NCBI GenBank assembly: GCA_963708295.1
Contig: CAVPSJ010000013.1
Span: forward strand, 64,001 to 128,000
Reading direction: 5' to 3'
Length of the DNA: 64,000 nucleotides
From: an uncultured delta proteobacterium
Lineage (GTDB): Bacteria; Desulfobacterota; BSN033; UBA1163
Shown here: positions 1 through 12,416 of the stretch, piece after piece
Layout of the letters: each line of letters begins with the position of its first letter
Position numbering within the stretch: position 1 is the stretch's first letter
Made by a program: the position numbers and the translations under genes
Notes under the pieces: model-generated
Seen by the model: the letters and a program-made list of their open reading frames with translations, nothing else
Told to the model about the DNA's origin: nothing
Database searches by the model: none

Positions 1-174
1 AAAGAATGGTATGACAACCCACCCCCAGCCAGGGGGCGGGATATTATCCAAGTGGCTACAAGGGTTCACATCGGACAACTCAAGCGCCAGTTTCCAACCC
101 ACAAGGCCATTCTGAGCCTTTTTTGGGGTACTGTTATATCTCAGGAAGAAAAGTATAACTCTCGAATAGCATAG
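1..174 (+). CDS. Possible 3' end of an upstream gene (unknown product, partial)
   Basis: Frame +1 is open from base 1 to TAG at 172-174 (KEWYDNPPPARG...YNSRIA*); no recognisable motif. Confidence 0.3.
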   Translation, partial: KEWYDNPPPARGRDIIQVATRVHIGQLKRQFPTHKAILSLFWGTVISQEEKYNSRIA

Positions 175-195
175 ATCGGTTGACGTCCGCGTGGG

Positions 196-247
196 GTCAT
201 TGCGAACGAAACAATCTCATGAGGTTGTCGCGTCTTCTCGCTAATGC
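196..247. repeat. Decayed REP-like palindrome (GTCATTGCGA...CAATCTC...GAGRTTG family), copy 1
   Basis: gtcattgcgaacgaaacaatctcatgaggttgtcgcgtcttctcgctaatgc; inner caatctc/gaggttg stem; related copy at 1275-1314. Confidence 0.5.
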
Positions 248-279
248 AGGACGACGCGCAGCTGGCCGGAGAATTTGTT

Positions 280-742
280 ATGCGTACGAAAAAGGGTCAG
301 AAAATTGGAATCATTTGTTCGCATGGAGGCCATTTCACGGAGCTCCTTCAAGTGCAGGAAGCCTTCAGGGGCTATCCTACTTTTTTGTTGACTTATAGGG
401 AAGTGTCTACATCGAATCAAAAAAATACATATTACATTGCGAACATTGGTAAAAGTCCTGTGGGTTTCATTTTCGGACTCTTCAAAATATTTCTCATCTT
501 CTTGAAAGAGAGGCCGACGATCCTCTTTTCGACAGGATCGGAAATTGCCATCCCTCCCTTCTATTTCGGAAAATTCCTTTTTGGCACCAAACTTATCTAT
601 CTCGAATGCAGTGCCCAGGTGTACCGTCCTTCGATGACAGGAAAGGGTTGTATCCCGATTACCGATCTATTTCTTGTCCAGTGGGAACCTTTACTCCAAG
701 AAGTATGGTCCGAAGGCAAAATATGTAGGTGGGCTGATATGA
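280..742 (+). CDS. PssD/Cps14F (Alg14-like) glycosyltransferase accessory subunit, frameshifted near 3' end
   Basis: IICSHGGHFTEL, ERPTILFSTGSEIAIP and DLFLVQW motifs; alternative frame gives the typical ending KYGPKAKYVGGLI* with TGA 740-742 overlapping the next ATG. Confidence 0.8.
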
Positions 743-1231
743 TCTTTGTGACGGTAGGAAATCATTTTCAGGAATTTGATCGTCTTTTAAAGAAAGTGGA
801 TGAAATTGCGCCCAGGATCCCCCATGAAATTGTGATCCAGAAAGGGTTATTCAAAGTATGTTCCACAGAAATACGAAGTATTTTGATTTTGTACCTATGG
901 AGCGGCCATGGAATATATTCAGAAATCTGATTTAGTCATTTCTCACGCAGGGATTGGAACGATTATTCTTTGCAAAGAGAATGGGATACCCCTGATCATC
1001 TTTCCCAGGAGGAAAAAGTATGGAGAGCATGGGACTGACCATCAAATGGAGATCGCACAGGTTTTAGAAGAGCGGGGGGACAAAAATATCTATATTGTCT
1101 ATGAAGAAAATCAGTTGGAAGAAAAAATCATGGAGGTCGTGGGCAAGAAAGAAATGGTTCAGGTGGAGAACAGAGGAAGAGAAAATCTCATCAGAACGAT
1201 TAAAGAGTTCATTGAAACCTGCCGGGAATGA
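739..1231 (+). CDS. PssE/Cps14G (Alg13-like, GT28 C-terminal type) glycosyltransferase, frameshifted
   Basis: MIFVTVGNHFQEFDRLL start at 739; continues in ORF 908-1231 with SDLVISHAGIGTI and PRRKKYGEHGTDHQMEIA. Confidence 0.8.
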
Positions 1232-1274
1232 AAAAAACGTGTCTCTGCAATTCCGAATTCGCGATAGACGGTAG

Positions 1275-1314
1275 CATTGCGAATGAAATGAAGCGATCTC
1301 GCAGTGAGATTGCC
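1275..1314. repeat. Decayed REP-like palindrome, copy 2
   Basis: cattgcgaatgaaatgaagcgatctcgcagtgagattgcc; gcgatctc/gagattgc stem; resembles 196-247. Confidence 0.45.
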
Positions 1315-1495
1315 GGCCCATTCAGGTGCTAGCACAACAGATTTGGAAAGACGGTTTTCCGCAAATCAGAATTTGATTTTTCTCCGAATTATCGAATTTA
1401 AGCCTCTCATTTGCTAAAATCCTTCTCAGTTTTTCGAAAGAATATACTGAGAAAGTGGTTTTTATCGCGCTTATTGTGTTACACAATGTCGATAG

Positions 1496-3488
<1,993 letters not shown>

Positions 3489-3521
3489 AGGGAAAATGCG
3501 AAGAAGTCGTTGGGAGCGAAG

Positions 3522-4379
3522 ATGGCGGAAAATGAAGCCATTCGATTCAAAGTTGAAGCTCTTCCTAAGGTGATCATCAAACCTTCACGAGGCTGGTTTA
3601 CCCTTCGCTTGAATGACCTATGGCAGTATCGTGAGCTATTGTACTTCCTGACCTGGCGGGATATCAAGGTCCGGTATAAGCAGACTGTCCTGGGAGCAGC
3701 CTGGGCGATTATCCAGCCCTTTTTCACCATGGTGGTATTTACCCTGTTCTTTGGGAAGTTGGCAAAGATCCCTTCGGAAGGGGTGCCTTATCCTATCTTC
3801 AGTTACGCCGGACTTCTGCCCTGGACATTCTTTGCCCAGGCGATGAATCAATCGTCCGATAGTTTGGTTGGGAACGCTAATTTAATTACCAAGGTCTATT
3901 TCCCTCGCTTGGTCATTCCTCTTTCCGCGGGTCTTGCTCCTTTGGTAGATTTTTGCATTGCTTTTGTTGTGCTGATCGGGATGATGTTCTATTACCAGAT
4001 ATTTCCGACAGGCACTTTAATCTGGCTGCCGGTCTTTTTATTGCTTGCCTTTGCCACATCTCTTGGCGTTGGGCTATGGCTTTCGGCACTGAATGTGCAA
4101 TATCGAGATGTGCGTTACACCGTACCCTTTCTAACTCAATTATGGCTTTTTGCTACGCCGGTGATTTACCCGAGCAGCGGGGTACATGGTCCCTGGCGGA
4201 TCGTTCTTGGATTGAATCCGATGACCGGAGTGGTGGAGGGGTTTCGTTGGGCGCTTTTGGGAATTGGAGCGGCTCCCGGAGCCATGATCTACACGTCGAT
4301 GGGGGTCGCCCTCCTACTCGTTTTTACAGGGCTAATATACTTTAAACGAATGGAAAAGACGTTCGCGGATATCGTTTAA
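3522..4379 (+). CDS. wzm: Polysaccharide ABC transporter permease
   Basis: LWQYRELLYFLTWRDIKVRYKQTVLGAAWAIIQP, LITKVYFPR, NPMTGVVEGFR; multiple hydrophobic segments. Confidence 0.92.
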   Translation: MAENEAIRFKVEALPKVIIKPSRGWFTLRLNDLWQYRELLYFLTWRDIKVRYKQTVLGAAWAIIQPFFTMVVFTLFFGKLAKIPSEGVPYPIFSYAGLLPWTFFAQAMNQSSDSLVGNANLITKVYFPRLVIPLSAGLAPLVDFCIAFVVLIGMMFYYQIFPTGTLIWLPVFLLLAFATSLGVGLWLSALNVQYRDVRYTVPFLTQLWLFATPVIYPSSGVHGPWRIVLGLNPMTGVVEGFRWALLGIGAAPGAMIYTSMGVALLLVFTGLIYFKRMEKTFADIV

Positions 4380-4381
4380 GA

Positions 4382-4470
4382 AGAGACGGAAGATGGGAGT
4401 CGTCAGACGAGGTGCAATAAGCGGAAGACGCACGAGGGAGGCTTCCGTCCGCGGTCCTCGATCCTCTGTC
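4382..4470. repeat. Inverted heptamer-array hairpin between wzm and wzt
   Basis: Left agagacg-gaagatg-ggagtcg-tcagacg; right cttccgt-ccgcggt-cctcgat-cctctgt (degenerate complement). Confidence 0.5.
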
Positions 4471-4483
4471 AGAGGTATCCTTC

Positions 4484-5771
4484 ATGAGTGATATTACAAT
4501 TCGCGTTGAGAATCTAGGCAAGCGCTATCGCATCGGACAGCGGGAACCCTACAAGACTCTGCGCGATGCCGTGACAGATGCTATTTACCGTGCGTTTCCG
4601 AAAGGGGAGAAAAAAAAATCTTCCAATCCAGCAATCTGATTTCCGAGATCCAAAATCAGATTACATCTGGGCATTAAAGGATGTTTCCTTTGAGATCGAG
4701 CAAGGTGAGGTAGTAGGCGTGATCGGCCGAAACGGAGCAGGCAAAACCACTCTGCTTAAAATCCTTTCTCGTACGACTGAGCCGACCGAAGGCTACGCCG
4801 AGATCAACGGTCGGGTAGGTTCTCTTCTGGAAGTAGGTACTGGTTTCCATCCCGAACTCACCGGCAGGGAAAACATTTACTTGAATGCAGCCATCTTGGG
4901 AATGAAGAGGCGGGAAATCGACCGGAAGTTCGATGAAATTGTGGACTTTGCGGAGGTAGAGAAATTCTTAGACACACCGGTGAAGCATTACTCAAGTGGC
5001 ATGTACGTCCGCCTTGCTTTTGCCGTAGCAGCCCATCTGGAGCCAGAGATATTGATAGTGGACGAGGTCCTGGCAGTGGGTGATACCCAATTTCAGAAAA
5101 AGTGTTTGGGAAAAATGGGGGATGTAGCCAAAGGGGGTCGAACGGTCTTGTTTGTGAGTCATCAAATGGGGGCTATCGCTCAATTGTGTAGCAAGGCCCT
5201 TCTCTTAAGCAAAGGGAATGTTGCGAAGGCAGGAGATGCACAGCGGGTCATTGACTATTATCTAAGCGATACATTATCGGCAAGCAAGAATGAATTTACT
5301 GCGGGTGCAAACTGTGAGAAAGATATGTTTGTTGCTAAGGTGCAAGCGTTAAATTCCGGAGGAGGAGTAACGTCCCATTTTTCTCATCAAGAAAAAATAA
5401 CTATTGCCATCTCTTATAAAATAAATAAATGGATATCTGATGTGAATATTGGTTTTTTTGTAAGGGACACAAGAGGCAGAAGAGTATTTACGACTGAAAA
5501 TAGGGAATGGGATAATGTGAAGGTGGAAGAACAGGAATTATACGTAACCGTTACAATACCCTCTAACTTTTTAGTTCCGGGACAGTATTTGTTCACATTT
5601 TTTGTAAGTGTTCCTAGGATAAGATTTGTTGATTGGGTAGAAGATGTCCTATCGATTACTATCGTTGATACCGGCTCAAGGTTTTTAATGTATGAAGGCG
5701 GTGACTACGGTTGTGTTTTTGCTGATTGTAAGTGGAATGTTGGGATTGGAAAACGCTTGTCTGAAAGCTGA
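4484..5771 (+). CDS. wzt: Polysaccharide ABC transporter ATPase with C-terminal Wzt_C-type domain, frameshift near 4620
   Basis: MSDITIRVENLGKRYRIG at 4484; WALKDVSF, Walker A GRNGAGKTT, YSSGM signature, ILIVDEVLAVGD; extra beta-rich C-terminal domain with LVPGQY. Confidence 0.9.
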
Positions 5772-5900
5772 TGATTGAAACATAGCAACCGAGTACCGGA
5801 AGAACGTTTTAGGGCGGATGAGTTAATGGCTCATAGAATGGAAAATGGCCAGGGCTTAAATTTATTGGGATTATTTTACAAAAGGGTTAGAACAATATTC

Positions 5901-6858
5901 ATGAATATACTTTCGCGGCAGGCGACGTCGTCGTTCAAATGACAAAGACATTTACTCTCTTTACCAACGGTTACTCGAGCGGCAACCTGATCCGGATGAG
6001 TTGCTTCATTGGAAGACTACGGGGGCCAAGATTGATGATATTACGAATGCGCTTTTATTAAGCTACGAATATGAGCAGAAGAGAGTCAATCAACAAAGGG
6101 TTCTGGTTGATATTAAAAAATTCAAAATCTACGCGATGAAAAGTGACTCCGAAGTTGGGCGGGGCATTATTCAGTCACAGGTTTATGAGCCTCATGTCAC
6201 AAATATTTTAGCTGAAATCTTAAATCCAGGGGACGTTTTTCTGGATTTGGGAGCGAATATAGGCTATTTCTCGCTACTGGCAGCAAGCATTGTGCAGGCC
6301 TCTGGAAAAGTAATTTCATTTGAACCAAACACACAAAACCTGCAACTGTTCTATGCAAGTATTCTTGAAAATAAGTTGAAGAATATTATCGTTTATCCTT
6401 TGGCAGCCTCGGACAATGCTCGAATTATGAAACTTACGTCTTTCGGATCGAATGGGTTTCTAGAGATACCGCAGTCTGGTGTGGCAAATGCCCAGTATTT
6501 ACAATCGGTTACAGTTGATGAATTGCTTCGGAATGAAGGAAGGTTTAACGTAGTAAAAATGGACATCGAGGGCTATGAACCTCTTGCACTGAAGGGCATG
6601 GATAAAATCATAAAGAAGCACAAACCTATTATTCTTACGGAATTCAGTCCGTGGCACATTAAACACCGAACTCAAATCGAACCACAAGAGTATCTGAAAC
6701 AACTAACCCGGTATGGTTATGACCTTTATATTATTGAACCATCGGGATGTTCCACATTGGCTTCTGATACTGATTTTGTGATGGACTTCTGGGGAAAATT
6801 GGGCAACGATAAACAACATCTTGACCTGATCGCTCAACCCTTTGGACGGTCGACGTAA
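5901..6858 (+). CDS. FkbM-family methyltransferase (start uncertain)
   Basis: YEPHV, FLDLGANIGYFS, SFEPN, VKMDIEGYE; the same frame upstream of 6001 reads YQRLLERQPDPDE, so the start lies further 5' across a probable frameshift. Confidence 0.8.
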
Positions 6859-7050
6859 TTTCACCAACCGTCAGTTCCTCTAAAGCTGTAAACGAAATCG
6901 TTGTTTCGAATCGATTTTAGGGAAAAACGAAATAAGGTTATGAAGGTTGATCTCATACTCCCCTGAAGGTTGTATGAAGATTCAAAGGTAGTCTATGGCC
7001 TATGTTATTTTATTGTGGCAAACATAAAATGTTATACCTGGGACAAACCG

Positions 7051-7509
7051 ATGGCTGAAACGCTTGGTTCCCTGTGCGATAAGCTGATAATAGTAAAACT
7101 TAAACAATGGCACTCCGAAGATCCAGTTCGTCTTGAGAGCCTGGCTGCCCAGGAAATACAACTCCAGACTGAGATTAGTGAATTCGTTGCTGACGCCATT
7201 TCTGGAAAAATTTGTCTCGATCGCCTGACCTTTGCTGCTAATAAAGTATACGAGGAAGAAAAACATATTGTTCCCGATGTCACGGGAAACATCGGAACGG
7301 TTTTTTCGAAGCTTGCCGATGTCAATTGTGCGTTATGGCACGAACAGGAAAAAGTTTACGAATTTGAAAAGGTGCCCTTGGATGAGAAAGACGAGGTTGT
7401 CAAGAAGCTTGCCCTTCTTAATCTCCAACGTAACAAATGTATCGATCGGATTAATAGGCAGTTTCATTCATATATTGAAAAGATACGAAGAGGTGACGAA
7501 AATGAGTAG
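7051..7509 (+). CDS. Helical protein resembling DUF4254 (apparently permuted)
   Basis: MAETLGSLCDKLIIVKLKQWH and NCALWHEQE...LNLQRNKCIDRIN motifs. Confidence 0.55.
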   Translation: MAETLGSLCDKLIIVKLKQWHSEDPVRLESLAAQEIQLQTEISEFVADAISGKICLDRLTFAANKVYEEEKHIVPDVTGNIGTVFSKLADVNCALWHEQEKVYEFEKVPLDEKDEVVKKLALLNLQRNKCIDRINRQFHSYIEKIRRGDENE

Positions 7510-7521
7510 GGGACAGAAAAA

Positions 7522-8783
7522 ATGCATTTAATCCATAGAAAAACATGTCGTGTTTGTGGCTCGTCGGCACTTACCCGGGTCATTGATCTTGGCGAACAAT
7601 ATTTGCAGGGTTCGTTTGTAAAGCCTGGTAAGGAACTGCCACCCATGCGTAAAATTCCTACTTCATTAGTACGGTGCGATCCGATGAAAGATGAGGAGGC
7701 CTGTGGACTGCTGCAAATGGAGCAGACAGTCCCGCCAGAGGTTCTTTATTCGGCGTATTGGTACCGTTCTGGCACTAACAATACCATGCGGCAGCATCTG
7801 CGCGGCATCGTGGAGGAGGCGGTCGTCATTTTAAACAAGCCCACTGCTCGTGTTCTCGACATCGGCTGCAATGACGGGACGCTCCTTAGTTATTATCCGA
7901 ATAAGTTTGAGAAATACGGCGTGGACCCTTCAGACGTTGCCCAGGAGATAAAGAACGATGTTACGGTCGTGCAGGACATTTTTCCTTCTGATGAATTGAA
8001 CGAGTTGTTTGCAGGGCAAGAAGCTTGATATCATCACTTCCATTGCCATGTTCTACGACCTTGAACATCCGATTGAGTTCACGAAAGCGAATCAAAGACA
8101 GTCTTGCGCCTGAAGGGATCTGGATCTTTGAGATGTCCTACATGCCGACCATGCTCAAGATGACGTCGTATGATACTATTTGTCATGAACATTTGGAATA
8201 TTACAGTCTGGCGGTCATTGAATATATCCTGAAACAGGCGGGCATGAAGATCTTTGACGTTTCGCTTAATGCCATCAACGGTGGTAGTATCCGCTGCTTC
8301 GCTACCCATGCAGACAACTTCGCCTACAAAAGGGATGCGTTTACGCAGCACATCAAGGCGCTGCACCAGGAGGAATTCGACCTGGAATTGGATACGGACA
8401 AACCCTACAAGAATTTCCAGAGGCGTGTCAACAAGCACAAGGTGGAACTCATCTCCCTGCTTAAAAAGCTGAAGAAGAATGGCAAACGGATCCATATTTA
8501 TGGCGCGTCGACGAAGGGCAACACTATTCTACAATGGTGTGGTATTGACAAGAGAATGATTGACGTCGCCGCAGAAAGAAATCCCGACAAATATGGAGCT
8601 CGAACCCTGGGTACGGATATTCCCATCGTCAGTGAGGCTGAATCACGGGCTATGAATCCCGATTATTATCTGGTTTTACCCTGGCACTTCAAAGAAGAAT
8701 TCATTGAGCGAGAAAAAGGGACACTGGAAAGAGGGATTGCTCTGATTTTCCCGTTGCCGACCATCGAAATAATAAAGAAATAG
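7522..8783 (+). CDS. NDP-sugar C-methyltransferase family protein (NovU/TylC3-like), split by frameshift at about 8020-8080
   Basis: N-terminal Zn motif CRVCG, VIDLGEQ, LDIGCNDGTLL, YDTICHEHLEYYS, YGASTKGNTILQ, VLPWHFKEE. Confidence 0.85.
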
Positions 8784-8798
8784 AGGGCGGAACTTAAC

Positions 8799-9674
8799 AT
8801 GGGGTGCGCTTCGAATAACAAATTAACAAATAAGATTAGCACTTTTTTTCATAGTCTCTTGACTTCTAACAAGAAAGTTGATCGGGACCGCGGCGTTTCT
8901 CCTTACAAGAGGAAGTATGATGATCCGGTGCTTGAATATTTTGAAACGCCTCTCGGAAACTACTACTTGCCAAATAATGCTCCCCGAGACATCGTCATCA
9001 ACAGCATGAAATTTGGCGAAATTTTTGAGCCTGAAGTCGTGGATTTAGCGAGTCATTTCATCAAAAGCGGGACAGCCGTTCTGGACGTAGGCGCAAACTT
9101 TGGGCAGATGTCTCTTTTGTTTTCGCGGCGAGTCGGCCCTGGAGGGATTGTTTATGCTTTTGAAGCTGATGATTTCATCTGTGAGGTCCTTAAAAAAAAT
9201 ATCGCTGCCAACAAATGTACAAACATCAAGCCAATCTGCAAGGCCGTCTATAATAAAAATGACGCTGTGATGTTATATCCAGTTCAAGATTTCAAGAGGT
9301 TCGATTCATATGGGTCGTACGGTTTGGATCCTAAGGCTAAAGAAGGCAGGGAAGTCAGAACCATTACAATTGACAGTCTCGATATACAGGAACCCATCAG
9401 TTTTATGAAGGTTGATGTCCAAGGGAGCGACTTATTCGTCTTAGAAGGTGCTGTTGAAACCATCAAAAGGCATAAGATGCCAATTTTATTTGAATATGAG
9501 GAGCAGTTTGGCGATGAGTTCAACGCAAAATGGCCAGATTATAAGGGCTTTATCGAATCCATATCGTACAGAATAGAAAAAACAATCTATAACATTAACT
9601 ATTTAATTGTACCAAAGAAAAGAAATGAGTCACGGCGGTGTTCTGGTGGACTGACATGGTTTACCAGCTTCTAG
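8799..9674 (+). CDS. FkbM-family methyltransferase
   Basis: FEPEV, VLDVGANFG, YAFEAD, MKVDVQGSD, MPILFE. Confidence 0.85.
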   Translation: MGCASNNKLTNKISTFFHSLLTSNKKVDRDRGVSPYKRKYDDPVLEYFETPLGNYYLPNNAPRDIVINSMKFGEIFEPEVVDLASHFIKSGTAVLDVGANFGQMSLLFSRRVGPGGIVYAFEADDFICEVLKKNIAANKCTNIKPICKAVYNKNDAVMLYPVQDFKRFDSYGSYGLDPKAKEGREVRTITIDSLDIQEPISFMKVDVQGSDLFVLEGAVETIKRHKMPILFEYEEQFGDEFNAKWPDYKGFIESISYRIEKTIYNINYLIVPKKRNESRRCSGGLTWFTSF

Positions 9675-9765
9675 CATTTTGAAAAGTCAGGGAGATACCG
9701 GTATTTTATTCTAAACCGCTTTCTCACCCCAAAAAACTGAATATAAATAACAAAGTGCTCTACCT

Positions 9766-11547
9766 ATGCAATCAGCATTAAACACCAGAAATTCAGCCAC
9801 TAAGAGTATCCTGATCATATCGCACAAGGAACAACGCTGTGGTGTGTACCAATATGGGCGGAACATTGCTGACGCGCTTAGAAAATCAAAGAAATATTCT
9901 TTTAGATATGCTGAGTGTTCAGGGGTAAATGAGTTTTCATCAATAGTAGACAGTGTCGGGCCCGCGGCGATCATTTACAATTATTACCCATCGACGCTCC
10001 CGTGGTTAAAAAGGAAAAATATCCGAAAGATTAAGGTTCCGCACATTGGTATTATTCATGAAGTGACGCAACAAGCAGCGGATTCGGCAGATGGGTCTTT
10101 TTTTCAGTATCATATAGCGGCAGACCCGACCTTATTGCTAAAGAACCCCGTGGTTTATAAAACAGGTAGACTTATACCGAAATATTCAAATATTTATGAT
10201 TTGCCCGGAATACCCACGATTGGCAGTTTTGGGTTTGGAACTGCAGGCAAAGGGTTTGAGACGCTGATCTCAACTGTACAAAAAGAATTTGATAAAGCCA
10301 TCATCAGATTGCATATTCCTTTTGCTGCCTTCGGAGATTCGGATGGGAGTGAAGCGCGCGCGATTGCGAAGCGATGTAAAGAACTCATTCTCAAGCCCGG
10401 TATTGAATTATTGCTGAGCCACGATTTTCTTAGTCAGGAGCAATTGTTAGATTTTCTCGCGAAGAATTCGATGAATGCGTTTTTCTACGAAAAAAACAAG
10501 GGACGTGGGATTTCCAGCGTGATAGATTATGCGCTCGCCGTGCAAAGGCCTATCGCAATCACAAAGAGCAATATGTTCCGTCATATCTATTCAACGTTTC
10601 CTTCAATATGTATTGAAGACGCAAGTTTGAAAGAAATAATGAATCACGGGATTGAGCCGCTGCTGAAATATTGTCGGGATTGGAATGAGGAAAACCTTAT
10701 TTGGGATTACGAGAGAATTGTCGGCAAAGTGCTCCTTACAAAGCGGATATCCGCTCCTGTCCAATTTATGAATAGGGTGAAGAAAGCCCTTCGAGGTTTT
10801 GAAACAGAGAGAATGAGGGAGTTTTGGATCCCGGCGATAAACGAGGTAGATGCTGGAATAAGGACAGTTGAGAGCGGTCGATATTCAGTCTCTTCCATTC
10901 CTGATGTCATTTCATTTAACCGTATACTAGACAAGGCTGCACGGGAGCAGTACAAACCCGTCATCGACGACTTGTTTGACGTTCTTCCTGAGATGATGGC
11001 GCACAAGATACCCGAAGCAAATATCCAGCAGGCATTTGTCCTTGATTCAGTGCTTAAGTTTGCCCTCGGCTCTGCATCTCCCAAAATACTATGTGTCGGC
11101 AGCTATGGGGACACTGCCGCCGCGGCCTTAAAAAGACTTGGTCACAAGATGGACGAGGTTGATCCAGTGCTTAATTATGACCTAGGGACGTTTATGCACA
11201 AACCGTCTACGATCAAAGGGAGTTATGATATCATCTTTTCAACCTCCGTCATTGAGCATGTGGAAAAGGATGAATTGTTTATTACCCAGATTGCCTCGCT
11301 GCTCGCTCCAGGTGGAGTTGCAATCCTTACCGTTGACTTCAACGACCAATACAAACCAGGAGCCCCCATTCCTCACGAAGATTTTCGTCTGTATACTCAG
11401 AAAGATTTCAAGGAAAGACTGCTGCCCCTTTTGAAAGATTGTTCGCTTGTCGACGCGCCCCAGTGGGATTGTCCGAACCCTGATTTTACCTATGCTGGGT
11501 GTCGGTATACTTTTGCGACGCTTGTTTTTAGAAAAAATATGGCATGA
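9766..11547 (+). CDS. Two-domain protein: GT-B-like N-terminus plus class I SAM methyltransferase C-terminus
   Basis: CGVYQYG, IGSFGF...KGFE and GISSVIDYALAVQRPI (GT4-like); C-terminal YDIIFSTSVIEHV...LLAPGGVAILTVDF. Confidence 0.65.
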   Translation: MQSALNTRNSATKSILIISHKEQRCGVYQYGRNIADALRKSKKYSFRYAECSGVNEFSSIVDSVGPAAIIYNYYPSTLPWLKRKNIRKIKVPHIGIIHEVTQQAADSADGSFFQYHIAADPTLLLKNPVVYKTGRLIPKYSNIYDLPGIPTIGSFGFGTAGKGFETLISTVQKEFDKAIIRLHIPFAAFGDSDGSEARAIAKRCKELILKPGIELLLSHDFLSQEQLLDFLAKNSMNAFFYEKNKGRGISSVIDYALAVQRPIAITKSNMFRHIYSTFPSICIEDASLKEIMNHGIEPLLKYCRDWNEENLIWDYERIVGKVLLTKRISAPVQFMNRVKKALRGFETERMREFWIPAINEVDAGIRTVESGRYSVSSIPDVISFNRILDKAAREQYKPVIDDLFDVLPEMMAHKIPEANIQQAFVLDSVLKFALGSASPKILCVGSYGDTAAAALKRLGHKMDEVDPVLNYDLGTFMHKPSTIKGSYDIIFSTSVIEHVEKDELFITQIASLLAPGGVAILTVDFNDQYKPGAPIPHEDFRLYTQKDFKERLLPLLKDCSLVDAPQWDCPNPDFTYAGCRYTFATLVFRKNMA

Positions 11548-12416
11548 AAGCGATAATTTTCGGTGCAAACGGCCAGGACGGACATTATTTGAGTGAACTA
11601 TGCAAGCTCAAAACAATAGAGCCGATAGGGGTTTCGCGCTGTGGCAATTGGGTGCGAGGTGATGTATCGAATTATAAGCAGGTTGAACAATTAATCAAAG
11701 AGCATAAACCGACCTATATTTTTCATGTCGCTGCAAAGTCAACAACACGTCATGACGCACTTTTTGAAAATCACGAAACAATTTCCACAGGCACGCTTAA
11801 CATCCTCGAGGCCGTTAGACTTCATAGCCCAACAGCGAAAATATTTATTACAGGGAGCGGCGTTCAGTTTGAAAATAAAGGGGCCCCGATTTCAGAAGTC
11901 GATAAATTTGATGCGAATAGCCCATACGCTGTCGCACGTATTCAGTCGGTATATGCAGCTCGATATTATCGTTCGCTCGGATTAAGGGTGTACGTCGGTT
12001 ATTTATTTCATCATGAAAGTCCGCTTCGTAAAGCCCATCACGTCAGTAAAATAGTTGCGCTTGCCGCCCGTCGAATTGCTGATGGCGGCAAGGAAATCAT
12101 CGAACTCGGTGATATTTCCGTTAAAAAGGAATGGACATTTGCGGGTGATGTAGCCGGGGGCATTTTTACGCTCATTGATCAGGATGATGTGTTTGAAGCC
12201 GTTATCGGCTCTGGTGTTGCATATACGATTGAAAATTGGCTTGAACAATGTTTTGGTATGATAGGGAAAGATTGGCATGATCACGTACGAATCCGAGAAG
12301 GATTTACACCTGAGTACAAATGCCTTGTTTCAAATCCTGGAACCATAAATTCCCTCGGTTGGTTCCCGGCTGTAGGGTTCCAAGAATTGACAAGAATGAT
12401 GATCGCTGCAATATGA
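11544..12416 (+). CDS. Gmd-like NAD-dependent epimerase/dehydratase
   Basis: IFGANGQDGHYL, SPYAVAR (YxxxR rather than YxxxK), LFHHESPLR, LGDISVKKEW. Confidence 0.8.
   Translation: MKAIIFGANGQDGHYLSELCKLKTIEPIGVSRCGNWVRGDVSNYKQVEQLIKEHKPTYIFHVAAKSTTRHDALFENHETISTGTLNILEAVRLHSPTAKIFITGSGVQFENKGAPISEVDKFDANSPYAVARIQSVYAARYYRSLGLRVYVGYLFHHESPLRKAHHVSKIVALAARRIADGGKEIIELGDISVKKEWTFAGDVAGGIFTLIDQDDVFEAVIGSGVAYTIENWLEQCFGMIGKDWHDHVRIREGFTPEYKCLVSNPGTINSLGWFPAVGFQELTRMMIAAI

Noticed and set aside
244-930. Apparent PssD-PssE fusion
   Set aside because: ATGA overlap at 739-742 and a natural PssD C-terminus in another frame indicate two genes.
1267-1275. gacggtagc as an ops/JUMPstart element upstream of gmd
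   Set aside because: Imperfect match to GGCGGTAG, adjacent to a decayed repeat, and no NusG paralog in the window.
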